Below are positions 49,963-62,049 of a DNA stretch of 64,000 nt, in pieces. The DNA is from Squalus acanthias (lineage: Eukaryota), in NCBI GenBank assembly GCA_030390025.1, contig CM059432.1, forward strand, positions 137,146,001-137,210,000. The letters run 5' to 3'. The notes under the pieces are model-generated. The model worked only from the letters and a program-made list of their open reading frames with translations, was not told the DNA's origin and made no database searches. Each line of letters opens with the position of its first letter. Positions within the stretch are counted from its first letter, which is position 1. Made by a program: the position numbers and the translations under genes.

Positions 49963-51453
49963 AAAGTATTTCTTTAATGTCTCTGCCATTTTTTTATTGC
50001 CCATTATAAATTCTCCTGTCTCTGCCTCTAATGGGCCCACGTTTACTTTCACTAATCTCTTCCTATTTACATACCTATAGAAATGTTTACAATCTGTTTT
50101 TATGTCTCTTGCTAATTTACTCTCAAATTCTTTTTTCTCTTTCCTTATCAATTTCTTGGTCCTCCTTTGCTGAATTCTGAAATTCTTCCAATCCTCAGGC
50201 TTACTGCTCTTTTTGGTAACATTATAAGCCTCTTCCTTTGATCTAATACTACCTTTAACTTCTCTTGTTAGCCACGGTTGGACCACTTTTCCTTTGGAGT
50301 TTTTCTGCCTTAAAGGAATGTATATTTGTTGTAAATGATGTATTTATGTAAATTCTTTAAATGCTAGCCATTGCTTGTCTATCATCATATCTTTCAATGT
50401 AGTTTCCCAATCTACCTTAGCCAACTCGCTCCTCATACCTACGTAGTTTGCTTTGTTTAGATTTAAGACCCTAGTTTTGGACTTAACTAAATCACTTTCA
50501 AGCTCAATATAAAATTCTATCATATTACGGTCACTCTTCCCTAAAGGTCCCTTTACTACAAGGTTATTAATTAACCCTTTCTCATTGCACAATACTAGAT
50601 CTAAAATAACCTGTTCCCAAGTTGGTTCCTCAACATACTGATCTAGCAAACTATCTTGTATACATTCCGTGAACTCGTCCCCCACACTATTACTGCAATT
50701 TTGGTTTGCCCAGTCTATATGTAGATTAAAGTCCCCCGTGATTGCTGTATTACGCTTGTTACATGCTCCTCTAATTTCCTGATTTATACTCTGCCCTACA
50801 TTACAACTATTGTTTGGGGGCCTATAAACAACTCCCACCATTGTTTTCTGCCCCTTGCTGTTTCTTAGATCCACCCAAACTGATTCTACTTCTTGATTTT
50901 CAGAGCTAAGATCCTTTCTCTCCAGGGTTGTAAATAGGGCTTTATACTAAAATGTGGGGGGAGGGGTCAGGTGAGGGGAAATTTAGAAATCTAAAGAGAA
51001 AAGTCAAGGCAATGGAGCAGTGTAGCGATTTGAGTAAAGATAAGCATGGTGTGACAGGAAGGGACAGAGAGATTAACGATAATCTGCATTAGCGAATAAG
51101 GTGAAAGCAGGAATAATGGTAAATAGTTAAAATTAAAGGCTCTTTATCTGAATGCACGAAGCATTCATAACAAGATAGCTGAATTAGTGGCACAAATAGA
51201 GATAAATGGGTTTGATCTAATAGCCATTACAGAGACGAGGTTGCAAGGTGACCAAGGTTGGGAAGTAAATATTCCAGGGTAATTGACGTTTTGAAAAGAC
51301 AGGCAGACTGGAACAGGAGCGGGGTAGCCCTGACAATAAAGGATGACATAAGGACAGTAGTGAGAAAGGATCTTGGCTCGGAAGATCAGGAAGTAGAATC
51401 AGTATGGGTAGAGATAAGAAATAACAAGGGCAGAAAACACTGGTGGGAGTAGT

Positions 51454-51868
51454 TGTAGGGGATGGTGGTTTGTGTCAGCTTCACCTCTGACTTCTGAGCG
51501 GTTTGAATCGTACCCATTCCCTTGGTTCTAGACCTTGGACTTATTTGGGGGTTGTGACAAAAGGTGCAGCAGACAACTGAGTTTGATGAGAGAACTTCAA
51601 TCTTTATTTAAAAGTTAAACACAAATAATAACACTCTTAACACTCTAAAGGTGGGGAACACTTCGGTACAAGCGAGGGAAATGACAGGAGAACAATACTT
51701 CACCCCTCCCAACCCCACTTTACTAGCTAAGTTAGGCTTTGAAGGACCAGGGATAATGCTCACCAATCCTTTGACAGTTGGGGTAAATCGCGGTTTTGGG
51801 GTTCGCTGTTTATGGCGGTTAGTGTCTGCCGTACCCCGTACGCGGTAGAGGACTTCACCTGCGTATCT
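51454..51868 (-). repeat. Truncated 3' LTR (R/U5 part)
   Basis: About 96% identical by eye to 55405-55821. Confidence 0.92.
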
Positions 51869-53604
51869 AGGAGCATCTGGGTGGGCATGTGATGGGTGAG
51901 CAGGGTGATGGGAGATGTGCCTGTGAAGATCAATGATCTTTTCACAGCCCAGTGAGTGGCGAGGAGGTGCCTCTCACAGTTGGAGTAGCCCTTCTCCACA
52001 TCAGTGAGTATCCTGGAGGAGTAGACCACTGGTCTCAGCCTGTCGTGCCTCTCTTGGAGCAGCACAGCACTCAGACTGTCCCCGCTGGCTGCCACCTCCA
52101 GGAAAAACTCTTTCTCCCCATCAATAGCCCCTAGAGCTGGTGCGGTCTGCAGATCCTTCTTGAGCTTTACGAATGCTGCCTCGCAACCCTCGTCCCAAGC
52201 CCACTCTACACCCTTGTGTAGGAGTTGGAGCAAAGGGGCTGCTGTGGCTGCATAATCCTCAATAAAATATCTGCAGTACCCAGTCAGTCCTAGAAAAGAC
52301 CTTACCCCTGTGACTGTGTTGGGGGCTGGTAACTCCTGCACTACTTCCCTCCTGGCTCTGTCAATGGCCCTTTCCCCTGCGCGCTCAGTTAGCCCTAGGA
52401 ATTTTACTTCCTGTTGGCCGATCTGTACTTTCTTAGGGTTTACCTTAAAGCCTTCTTGTCTGAACAGCTCCAGCAGTTCAGCCAGTAGTGGACCGTGTTC
52501 CTCTCCTTCATTAGTGAACAGGAGTAGGTCGTCCACATACTGTACCAACTGCTGGGGCCGGCTAAAACCCTTCAGACAATTTGCCATGCATTGATGAAAA
52601 ATGCTGGGGCTATTGTGGAAACCCTGGGGTAGGCAGTTCCAGGTGTACTGTTGGCCTTTAAACGTGAAGGCGAACTTGTACTGGTCCTCCCTTCTTAAAG
52701 GGATGGACCAAAACCCGTTGGAAATGTCCAGCACTGTGAAGGTGGTTGCAGATGCTGGGATACTTCCAATGAGGTCAGCAACGGCTGCTACCGTGGGTGC
52801 ACAGGCGGGGATGTTACGGTTGAGTACCCGATAGTCCACTGTGGCCCTCCAGGAGTTGTCCGGTTTTCCAACCGGCCACAGTGGGCAGTTTACATGGGTG
52901 GCTATCGGTCTCAGCACTCCCTGCTTTACTAAGGAAGCCATGGCTGCTTCCATGTCTGCTTCCGCCTCCCTGGGGAAGTTATACTGCTTCTGTGGTCGGG
53001 TCATGGGGTTTCCACTGACACTAACCTCGACCCCGTTGACCCTCCCACAGTCGTGCTTGTGAGTGGCAAATGCTGCGAGGTGTGCTCGCACAAATGCCTG
53101 GTACTCCACCGGAGTGTTAGTGACCATTTGCTCGAGGTCGTAACCTTCTTTTGGTTTTAGGGTACACAAGGTCCCCTGGCCCAGTTTCCCTGGGATGACT
53201 GCCACTTCACTCTCTCTACCCACACATGCTCCCCACAGACAGTGGCTCCACAGATCCACTAAAATCCTGTGGCCTGTGATAAAGTCGGCCCCCAGGATCC
53301 CCGTCCCCTCTTTCTCCCATTTTATCAGGACACAGGTCCACTTGGTGTGGAGTGTTCCTAAATGAATGGACAGCGGGATGGAGAATGAGCCAGCCTGCTC
53401 GTTACCTGTGAATCCCACTAAACTGTACGGGACCCCGTTAGACAGAGGTGAGGCTGTGGGATTCTCTGAATGGACTATGGTGCTGGAAGCTCCAGTATCT
53501 AACAGATAAGTCCCTTTCACCTTTTCCACCTCCATCCTAACAAGTGGCCTCTTCCAAGCGTCGTACTCCAGGGGACACAGGTAGACAGGCTGTGCTGGCT
53601 CTAG
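51869..53604 (-). pseudogene. pol: pol: aspartic protease, reverse transcriptase, RNase-H-like tether; truncated
   Basis: LLDTGA, PLWPVGKPDNSWR, LDISNGFWSI, LPQGFHNSP, YVDD; open until the deletion junction. Confidence 0.92.
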
Positions 53605-55402
53605 TCATAAGCCTGTGTTTGGTGGGGCAGATGGGGTTACTGTCCCAGTGGCTGTGGCTACCTTTCCTGGGCCAGTTAACAAGGCTTGAATCGCTTCTAC
53701 AACCGAGTCTAATGTGTGGGGAGAGGTCGGGGTTTCTACTTTTGGGGCAGGGGCTGTGGAATTCTTTCCTAGGTTATCCTTCCATGGATTCCTACAGTCC
53801 TTCCTCCAATGCCCACTCTTCCCGTACCCGAAGCAGTTACGCTTCGTGTCGGAAGGGTTACCCCATTCCTGGTGCCACTGTTTCTTACCCTGGCTGGGTT
53901 TTATCTCATGCACCTTCCCCTTGGGTGGATGCTCTTCTGTCCCCCTACCGTTTCGGTAAGCTAGGGTCAGTTGTCTGACCACTGTCTCTTCGGTGCCCCG
54001 GGGGTCCCTTGGGTCAAACCACAGCTCGGCCTTGGCTCTGATCCGTGGCAAGCTGTTTGCCACCAGACTTCGGAGCCAGTGGGCCAGCTCATCCTGATTC
54101 AGGTGAGCCCTGTCGAGAACCCCATTACAGGCACTCCTGTACACAGGCCACAGTCAGTCTGCGAAAGCCTGTGGGGTCTCCCCTACTAGCTGTGTAGTCT
54201 TCTCCACCCTGGAGAAAGGACTACCATCGTTCATACCCATGGCCTCCAGAACTCCCTCTCTGATAGCAGCATATCCACCCTGCCCTCTTTTACTCTCTGC
54301 GGAGAGGGACTGGTAGATTTTGCTGTCCAGTGAGAACAGGAGCATTTTGGCCATCTCAGCATCATCACAGTCATTGATGCCCGCTGCCTGTTCCACTTCC
54401 ATGAAGTGGACTGAGGGGTCCCCTTTTTGGGTGAGTTTGCCCAGGTGGCTTATCATAGCCCTAAGGTGTTGGGTACCGTGGGGAGCCACGAATTGGCTTT
54501 CAAGGGGTCCTTGACCCCCACCACTCCCAGGTGGGCCAAACTTTTGCCGCCGGACCGGGCACATCGGCCCCGGTTCTGACCTCTCCTGCATTGGTTCGCC
54601 CACCCCTCCCTGCTGCCAAACTGAGTCAAAACCCGGCGCCACAGGTGGTGGTGTGCACTCCCTGCCAGCCTCGCAAATCGCCCTTCCTTCCTGCTGCCCA
54701 ACCGGGTCATTCCCCGACGCCACAGGTGGTGTCTGAACAGTTTCCCCCTGCACTTCCAGGTCCACTCAGGCCGTACCCGGGCTTAACAGGCATACCATGC
54801 CTTTGGCTCTGGACAGAGCAAGGTTCAAACTTTCTTTTTGTTTCTGGCAGGGGCCGTGCTCTCCCGCTTCATACCCCCTTGTGTTTGCTACCTTGTAAGC
54901 TGCCTGGACATCTCTTAACCTCTCCTCTAGTTCCTTTACTTGCCTGGCAAGGCAGGTGTTCTCTTCCCTCAACACTAGTTCACTGGTTTTTGCTTCGGTG
55001 ACCTGACACTGAAAATACTCTTGACTGTTTCTGTGCGTTTCCACTAACTGCCTCCTCTCGGGCTGTTAGCTCATTCAGTAATGTTTCCCCTGCTAGGGCC
55101 CTTGCTTGAGACAGCTGAGCAGACTCCTGCAGTTCTGCTTTGAGTGGCTCGACACGTTTGTCCAACAGTTGTATCTGTTTCTGGGAGCAGATCAACCAGA
55201 TGGCCTTTTCCACAGATTTCCTGTGGTCTTTGCTCTCAGTCCACTTAGCTGCAGCACGTAGCAGACTGAGTACCCACTTCTTAGTTATGTTCACCTTTTC
55301 GAACACATAGAAGGAAATCCTTTCCTCCATCTTGGTTCTCTCCTCAAAAACAATGTCCACTGCATCACATCCCTTTTGCCAAGGTCCTGCCGCAGTCGCC
55401 AT
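53605..55402 (-). pseudogene. gag: gag (coiled coil, capsid, CCHC knuckle) with one frameshift and two nonsense codons
   Basis: ORFs 54980-55402, 54766-55044, 54154-54765, 53605-54144; ETPQAFAD capsid-like motif; CFGYGKSGHWRKDC knuckle with C>Y. Confidence 0.85.
55384..55401 (-). promoter_or_regulatory. Primer-binding site, tRNA-Ser-like, overlapping gag ATG
   Basis: TGGCGACTGCGGCAGGAC begins 3 nt after the LTR end; TGG is part of ATGGCG. Confidence 0.7.
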
Positions 55403-55404
55403 TC

Positions 55405-57046
55405 TGTAGGGGGGTGGTGGTTTGTGTCAGCTTCACCTCTGACTTCTGAGCGGTTCGAATGGCTCCCACTCCCTTGGCTCTAGACCTTGGACTTATTTGG
55501 GGGTTGTGACAAAAAGTGCAGCAGACAACTGAGTTTGATGAGAGAACTTCAATCTTTATTTAAAAGGTAAAGCACAAATAATAACACTCTTAACACTCTA
55601 AAGGTGGGGAACACTTCGGTACAATCGAGGGAAATGACAGTAGAACAATACTTCACCCCTCCCAACCCCACTTTACCAGCTAAGTTAGGCTTTGAAGGAC
55701 CAGGGATAATGCTCACCAATCCTTTGACAGTTGGGCTAAATCGCGGTTTTGGGGTTCGCTGTTTATGGCTGTTAGTGTCTGCCGTACCCCGTACGTGGTA
55801 GAGGACTTCACCTGCATATCTGGTCAGTCTTCGCAAGTCCCCTGATGCGGTAGGATGTCGTTTTGGATTTATCTGGTGAGTACCCAATTTCTTTGGTTTA
55901 GCAGTAGGGTTTAGAGTCTTTGGGGAAAATCTTACCCAGGGGTAAGTCAGGAGTAGATTGTAGAGTGGAAACTTTGCGGTTCTTCGGGTTTTCTTCCCTT
56001 GAGTTGGTCTTTGTTGGTCGCGGTGGCCTGCTATTACCTGGTCAGTTGGGAGTAATGTGCGGTTGATGGTTTCTTGAGGCCTTTAGTTTCCGCGATGGTT
56101 TTAGGCCTTGTCTAGTGTGTCGGTCGACCTCGTGAAGCCATCGGTGACTTGTTGCTGCTTGTTGCTCCGGGTGACTGTGTTGGGACCATTGTTGGAGGTC
56201 CGTCGAGGTGGTATCTTCACGAGCTGGACTCAGGTGTGTCTGAGTGGTGAGCGATGCCGACTCGCTTCCAGCTCGGCTTGTCTTCTTCCTTGTTTCTTCT
56301 TCTTCTGATGACCACCCTGAACTGCTTAACGGGCCTTCAATTATACTGAATTGAAGTGGCCTTATCTACCCGCCAAATCTCCTCAGTTCATTGTCTGGTT
56401 TTTGGCGGGCTCATAAATTGGTAACGACTTACTAGCGTGTTAACTGGTTTTTTAACAGGCCTTCAATCTCACCCATTGAACATGGCCTTATCTACCCGCC
56501 AAATCTGCTCAGTTCATTGTCTGATTTTGGCGGGCCTGTTACCAGTAACTGCTCTTGTAAGTGTCAAATGGCTTTTGGGATGGCTTGCATCCTGTCGATC
56601 TCCTTGGTTGATCACTGGTGACTGATTTCGTGTTTGGGTTTCTAGGCTGGACTCAGTCTTTCTATGGAATGGTCCTGAGTGGTTTTTATTATGCATGTTT
56701 TCTGATGGGCCCTGTAATCGGTCTTGATGGGGCCTGTATTTTGGGTGGGACTGCTCTTCCCCTGGGTCTATTGTTCAAATGTTAATGTCTGCTGGGGCTT
56801 GAGTGAGGTCATCCTGGTTCCCCAGACAGTGCAATTAACTGCAATAACCAAACTGCTTTTGCAGAGGTCGTCCCCACCTCCTTGTCCCTTTACAGGCCCA
56901 GACATAGTTTTTTAAAATGCCAAAACTTGGTTTTTGGTCTTAAATTCCTTAGGTTAGGCCCAAATGCATTTTTTATCACTCTGAGTTAGTTCCCAAGTCC
57001 TTTTTCCTTAGGTTTTTGGGGATCTGCAGATTTTGGAAACCTTACA
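55405..57046 (-). repeat. 5' LTR, 1642 bp
   Basis: TG...CA ends; minus-strand AATAAA at 55555-55560; TATA-like cagtataa about 56341-56348. Confidence 0.9.
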
Positions 57047-58993
57047 TAGTTTATAGGCCGCATAACAGTAGCTATACTGTTGGACAGAGTATTAGTCAAC
57101 AAATAATAGGAGCTTGTAACAAGGGTAATGCAATAATCGTGGGGAACTTTAATCTTAACATAGACTGGGCAAATCAAATTGTCAAAGGTAGTCTGGAGGA
57201 CGAGTTCATGGAATGCATTCAAGACAATTTCCTAGAACAATACATCATGGAACCAAACAAGGAACAGGCTATTTTAGATCTTGTATTGTGTAATGAGACA
57301 AGGTTAATTAGTAATCTCATAGTAAAGGATCCCCAGGGGAAAAGTGATCATAATATGATAGAATTTTACATTGAATTTCAGAGTGAAATACTTAAGTCTG
57401 AAACTAGACTCTTAAACTTAAATAAGGCCAATTACATAGGTATGAGGGGTGAGTTGGCTAAGGTAGATTGGGAAATTATATTAAAGGGTGTGACAGTAGA
57501 TAAGCAGTGACAAACATTTAAAGAAATATCCCAATATTCTCAACGAATATACATTCCATTGAGAAATAAAAACTCCACGGGAAAAGTGAGCCACCTGTGG
57601 CTAACTAAAGAAGTTCAGGATAGCATTAGATTAAAAGAAGAGGCTTATAATGTTGCAAAGAATAGTAATAAGCCTGAGGATTGGGAGAGCTTTAGAAACC
57701 AGCATGCCCAAGAAATTGATAAAAAGGGAGAAAATAGAATGAGAGTAAACTAGCAAGAAATATAAAAACAAAATGTAAGTGCTTCTACAAGTACAGTATG
57801 TAAAAAGTAACAGGGTAGCAAAAGTAAGCGTTGGGCCCTTAGAGGCTGAGACAGGAGAAATTATAATGGGGGATAAGGAAATGGCCGAGACTTGTCTTCA
57901 CAGTAGAAGACACAAAAAACATACCAGAAATAGTGGGGAACCACGGGGCTAATGACAGTGAGGAACTTAAAGTAATTAAGATCAGTAGAGAAATAGTACT
58001 TGAGAAACAAAAGGGACTAAAAGCCAACAAATCCCCTGGACCTGATGGCTTACATCTTAGGGTTATAAAAGAGGTCGCTGCAGAGATAGTGAATGCATTG
58101 GTTGTGATATTCCAAAATTCCCTAGATTCTAGAACAGTCCCAGTGGATTGGAAGGTAGCAAATGAAACCCCGCTATTCAAGAAAGGATGGAGAGAGAAAA
58201 CAGGGAACTACAGGATAGTTAGCCTGACATCAGTCATTGGCAAAATGCTGGAATCCATAAATCAGCATGTGGTAACAGGGCACTTAGAAAATCATAATAT
58301 GATTAGGCAGAGTCAACATGGTTTTATGAAAGGGAAATCGTGTTTGACAAATTTATTAGAGTTTTTTGAGGATGTAACTAGCAAGGTGGATAAAGGGGAA
58401 CCAGTGGATGTAATATATTTGGATTTCCAAAAGGCATTCGATAAGGTGCCACATAAAAGGTTGCTACGCAAGCTAAGAGCTCATGCGGTTGGAGGTAATA
58501 TATATTAGTCTGGATAGAGGAGTGGTTAATGGACAGAGAACAGAGAGTAGGGTCATTTTCAGGTTGGCAGGCTGTAACTAGTGGGGTGCCGCAAGGATCT
58601 GTGTTGGGGCCTCAGCTATTTACAATTTATATTAATGACTTAGATGAAAGGATTGAGTGTCATGTATCCAAGTTTGCTGATGAAATAAAGCTAGGTGGGA
58701 AAGTAAGCTGTGAGGAGGACACAAAGAGCCTGCAAAGGGATATAGACAGGTTAAGTGAGTGGGCAATAAGATGCTAGATGGAGTATAATGTCGGGAAATG
58801 TGAGGTTATTCACTTTGGTAGGAAGTACAGAAAAACAGAATATTTTTAAATGGTGAGAAACTATTAAATGTTTTTGTTAAGAGAGGTGTCCTCATATAGA
58901 AAACACAGAGAGTTAGGCATGCAGGTACAGAAAGCAATTAGGAAGGCAAATGGCATGTTGGCCTTTATTGCAAGGGCATGTTGGCCTTTATTG

Positions 58994-60376
58994 TTCTCAC
59001 ATTGAACAGCTTCTCCTTTGACTCCACTCACTTCCTCCAAATTAAAGGTGTTGCTATGGGAACCCGCATGGGTCTCTGTCTCCATCTCTGGGGATAGGCT
59101 GTTGACAAACATTCACTATAAGCCCACTGACTCCCACAGCTACCTGGACTACACTTCCTCCCACCCCACTTCCTGTAAGGACTCTATTCCATTCTCCCAG
59201 TTTCTCCGTCTCCACCGCATCTGCTCTGACGATGCCACCTATACTACGATACTAGTGCTTCCGATATGTCTTCCTTTTTCCTCAACCGAGGATTCCCCTC
59301 GACTGTGGTTGACATGGCCCTTGACCGTGTCTGTTCCATTTCCCGCACTTCTGCTCTCACCCCTTCCCCTCCCTCCCGGAACCACGATAGGGTTCCCCTT
59401 GTCCTCACTTTTCACCCCACCAGCCTCCACATTCAACGGATCATCCTGTGCCATTTCTGCCACCTCCAGCGTGATCCCACCACCAAACACATCTTCCCCT
59501 CAGCTCCCCTTTCAGCATTCCGAAGGGACCGCTCCCTCCGCGACACCCTGGTCCACTCTTCTATCACCCCCAGCACCCCTTCCCCTTCGCCCGGCACCTT
59601 CCCGTGCACGCGCAGGAGATGCAACACCTGCCCTTTTACCTCCTCCCTTTCCACTGTCCAGGGCCCCAAACACTCCTTCCAGGTGAAACAGCGATTTACT
59701 TGTATTTCTTGCAATTTAGTATACTGTATTCGCTGCTCACGATGCGGTCTCCTCTACATTGGGGAGACCAAACGCAGATTGGGTGACCGCTTTGCGGAAC
59801 ACCTCCGTTCAGTCCGTATGGGTGACCCCGAGCTTCCGGTCGCCTGTCACTTTAATTCTCCGCTCCACTCCCACTCTGACCGCTCCATCCTCGGCCTCTT
59901 ACACTGTTCCAATGAAGCTCAACGTAAGCTCGAGGAATAGTACCTCATCTTTCGATGAGGCACTTTACAGCCTTCTGGACTCAACATCGAGTTCAACAAT
60001 TTCCGACTATAACCTCGGCCCCTATTTCTTTTCACTCTCTCACATGGCAGCTGTTGATGATTCTACCAGTGCTATTTACACTTCATCTAGAGTCATCTTT
60101 TGTTTCTTAACTTGTCCCATTACCATCTCCTTTTGCCTTGCACCATCATCCCTTTTGTCTTTTAATCTCTCCTGCCTTCCATCCTATCACAGACCTTCCC
60201 TTTTGTTCTTTCCTCCCCTCCACCCTTTCCCTGCCCCTGCACTTGCTTAAAAACCTGTTACATCTCCAACTTTTTCCAGTTCTGACGAAGGGTCATCGAC
60301 CTGAAATGTTAACTCTGTTTCTCTCTCTACAGATGCTGCCTGACCTGCTGAGTATTTCCAGCATTTTCTGTTTTTA
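58994..60376 (+). mobile_element. Penelope-like retroelement (RT fragment and GIY-YIG endonuclease), 5'-truncated
   Basis: QIKGVAMGTRMG, YKPTDSHSYLDY, CTRRRCNTC, LVYCIRC..C.LLYIGET; TSD tttattgcaaggg (58964-58976, 60377-60389). Confidence 0.92.
60278..60314 (+). ncRNA. Minimal hammerhead ribozyme motif in Penelope pLTR
   Basis: Same as 413-449 but GAAAU instead of GAAAC. Confidence 0.6.
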
Positions 60377-61006
60377 TTTATTGCAAGGGGGTTGGAGTGC
60401 AAGCATAAGGAAGTCTTGCTACAATTGTACAGGGCTTTGGTGAGACCACACATGGAGTACTGTGTACAGTTTTGGTCTCCTTATCTGAGGAATGATATAC
60501 TTGCCTTAGAGGTGGTGCAACGAACGTTCATTAAATTGATTCCTGGGATGAGAATGTTGTCCTATGAGGAGAGATTGAGTAGATTGGCCCTATACACTCT
60601 GGAGTTTAGAAGAATGAGAGATGATCTCATTGAAACATATCAGATTCTGAGGGGGATTGACGGGGTAGATTCTGAGAGGTTGTTTCCCCTGGCTGGCGAG
60701 TCTAGAACTAGGGGGCATAGTCTCAGGATAAGGGGTCGGCCATTTAAGACTGAGATGAGGAGGAATTTCTTCACTCAGAGGGTTGTTAATCTTTGGAATT
60801 CTCTGCCCCAAGAGCTGTGGATGCTGCATCGTTGAGTATATTCAAGGCTGAGATAGATAGATTTTTGGACTCTAGGGAATCAAGGGATATGGAGATCGGA
60901 TGGGACAGTGAAGTTGAGGTCGAAGATCAGCCATGATTTTATTGAAATGTAGAGCAGGCTCGAGGGGCCGTATGGCCTACTCCTGCTCCTAATTCTTATG
61001 TTCTTA

Positions 61007-62049
61007 TTGGCCATCCCTAATTGTCCTTGAGAAGGTGGTGGTGAGCCGCCTTCTTAAACTGCTGAAGTCCATGTGATGAAGGTACTCCCACAGTGCTGTT
61101 AGGGAGTGAGTTCTGGGATTTTGACCCAGCGACGACGAAGGAACGGTGATACATTTCCATGTTTGGATGGTGTGTGACTTGGAGGGGAACTTGGAGGTGG
61201 TGGTGTTCCCATGCACCAGCTGCCCTTGTCCTTCTAGGTGGAAGTGGTCGCGGGTTTGGGAGGTGCTGCCGAAGAAGCCTTGGCGAGTTGCTGCAGTGCA
61301 TCTTGTAGATGGTACACTCTGCAGACACGGTGCACCGGTCTTGGAGGGAGTGAATATTTAAGGTGGTGGATGGGGTGCCAATCAAGCAGACTGCTTGGTC
61401 TTGGATGGTGTCGAGCTTCTTGAGTGTTGTTGGAGCTGCACTCATCCAGGCACGTGGAGAGTATTCCATCACACTCCTGATCTGTGCCTTGTAGATGGTG
61501 GAAAGGCTTTGGGGAGTCAGGAAGTGAGTGACCCATCGCAGCATACCTAGCCTCTGACCTGCTCTTGTAGCCACAGTATTTATGTGGCTGGTCCAATTAA
61601 GTTTCTGGTCAATGGTGACCCCCAGGATGTCCATGGTGGGATATTCGAGCATGGTAATGCCATTCAATGTCAAGGGGAGGTGGTTAAACTCTCTCTTGTT
61701 GGAGATAGTCATTGGCTGGCACTTGTGTGGCGCGAATGTTACTTGCCACTTATCAGCCAAAGACTGAATATCGTCCAGGTCTTGCTGCATGCGGGCATAG
61801 ACTGCTTCATCATCTGAGGAGTTGCGAATCTGTGCAATCATCAGCGAACATCCCCACTTCTGACCTTATGATTGAAAGGGAAGGTCATTGATGAAGCAGC
61901 TGAAGATGGTTGGGCCTAGGACAGTGCCCTGAGGAACTCCAGCAGCAATGTCCTGGGGCTGAGATAATTGGCCTCCAACAACCACAACCATCTTCCTTTG
62001 TGCTAGGTATGACTCTAGCCAGTGGAGAGTTTTTCCCCTGATTCCCATT
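61007..62049 (-). mobile_element. CR1/L2-group LINE (second family) RT fragment
   Basis: AGVPQGTVLGPTIFSCFINDLP; ORF 61017-61841. Confidence 0.9.

Larger units (their letters stand above)
46742..50921 (-). mobile_element. CR1 LINE ORF2 (endonuclease to 3' tail) with inverted central segment
   Basis: VGVVYRPP (50344-50874), PWLTREVK (49828-50286), RT end (46835-47554); segment 48379-49144 is on the + strand. Confidence 0.88.
51454..57046 (-). mobile_element. Retrovirus-like LTR provirus (spuma-/loki-like), 3' half deleted
   Basis: TGTA...TACA termini, 4-bp TSD tagt, LTR-PBS-gag-pro-RT-tether, fused to a truncated 3' LTR. Confidence 0.9.
41380..61006 (+). mobile_element. Near full-length CR1 LINE (5' UTR, ORF1, ORF2) fragmented by nested insertions
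   Basis: Segments about 41380-41591, 45823-46742, 50921-51453, 57047-58976, 60377-61006 read consecutively (ORF1 end, LNARS endonuclease, VGVV|YRP, RT, ttcttatg tail); 5' UTR assignment least certain. Confidence 0.75.

Noticed and set aside
51651..51848. Duplicated 65-aa ORF (also 55604-55801)
   Set aside because: Duplicated only because it is in the LTRs; GTG start, antisense, no motif
51760..51868. C-terminus of the 591-aa pol ORF as a real domain
   Set aside because: Read-through into LTR sequence after the deletion junction
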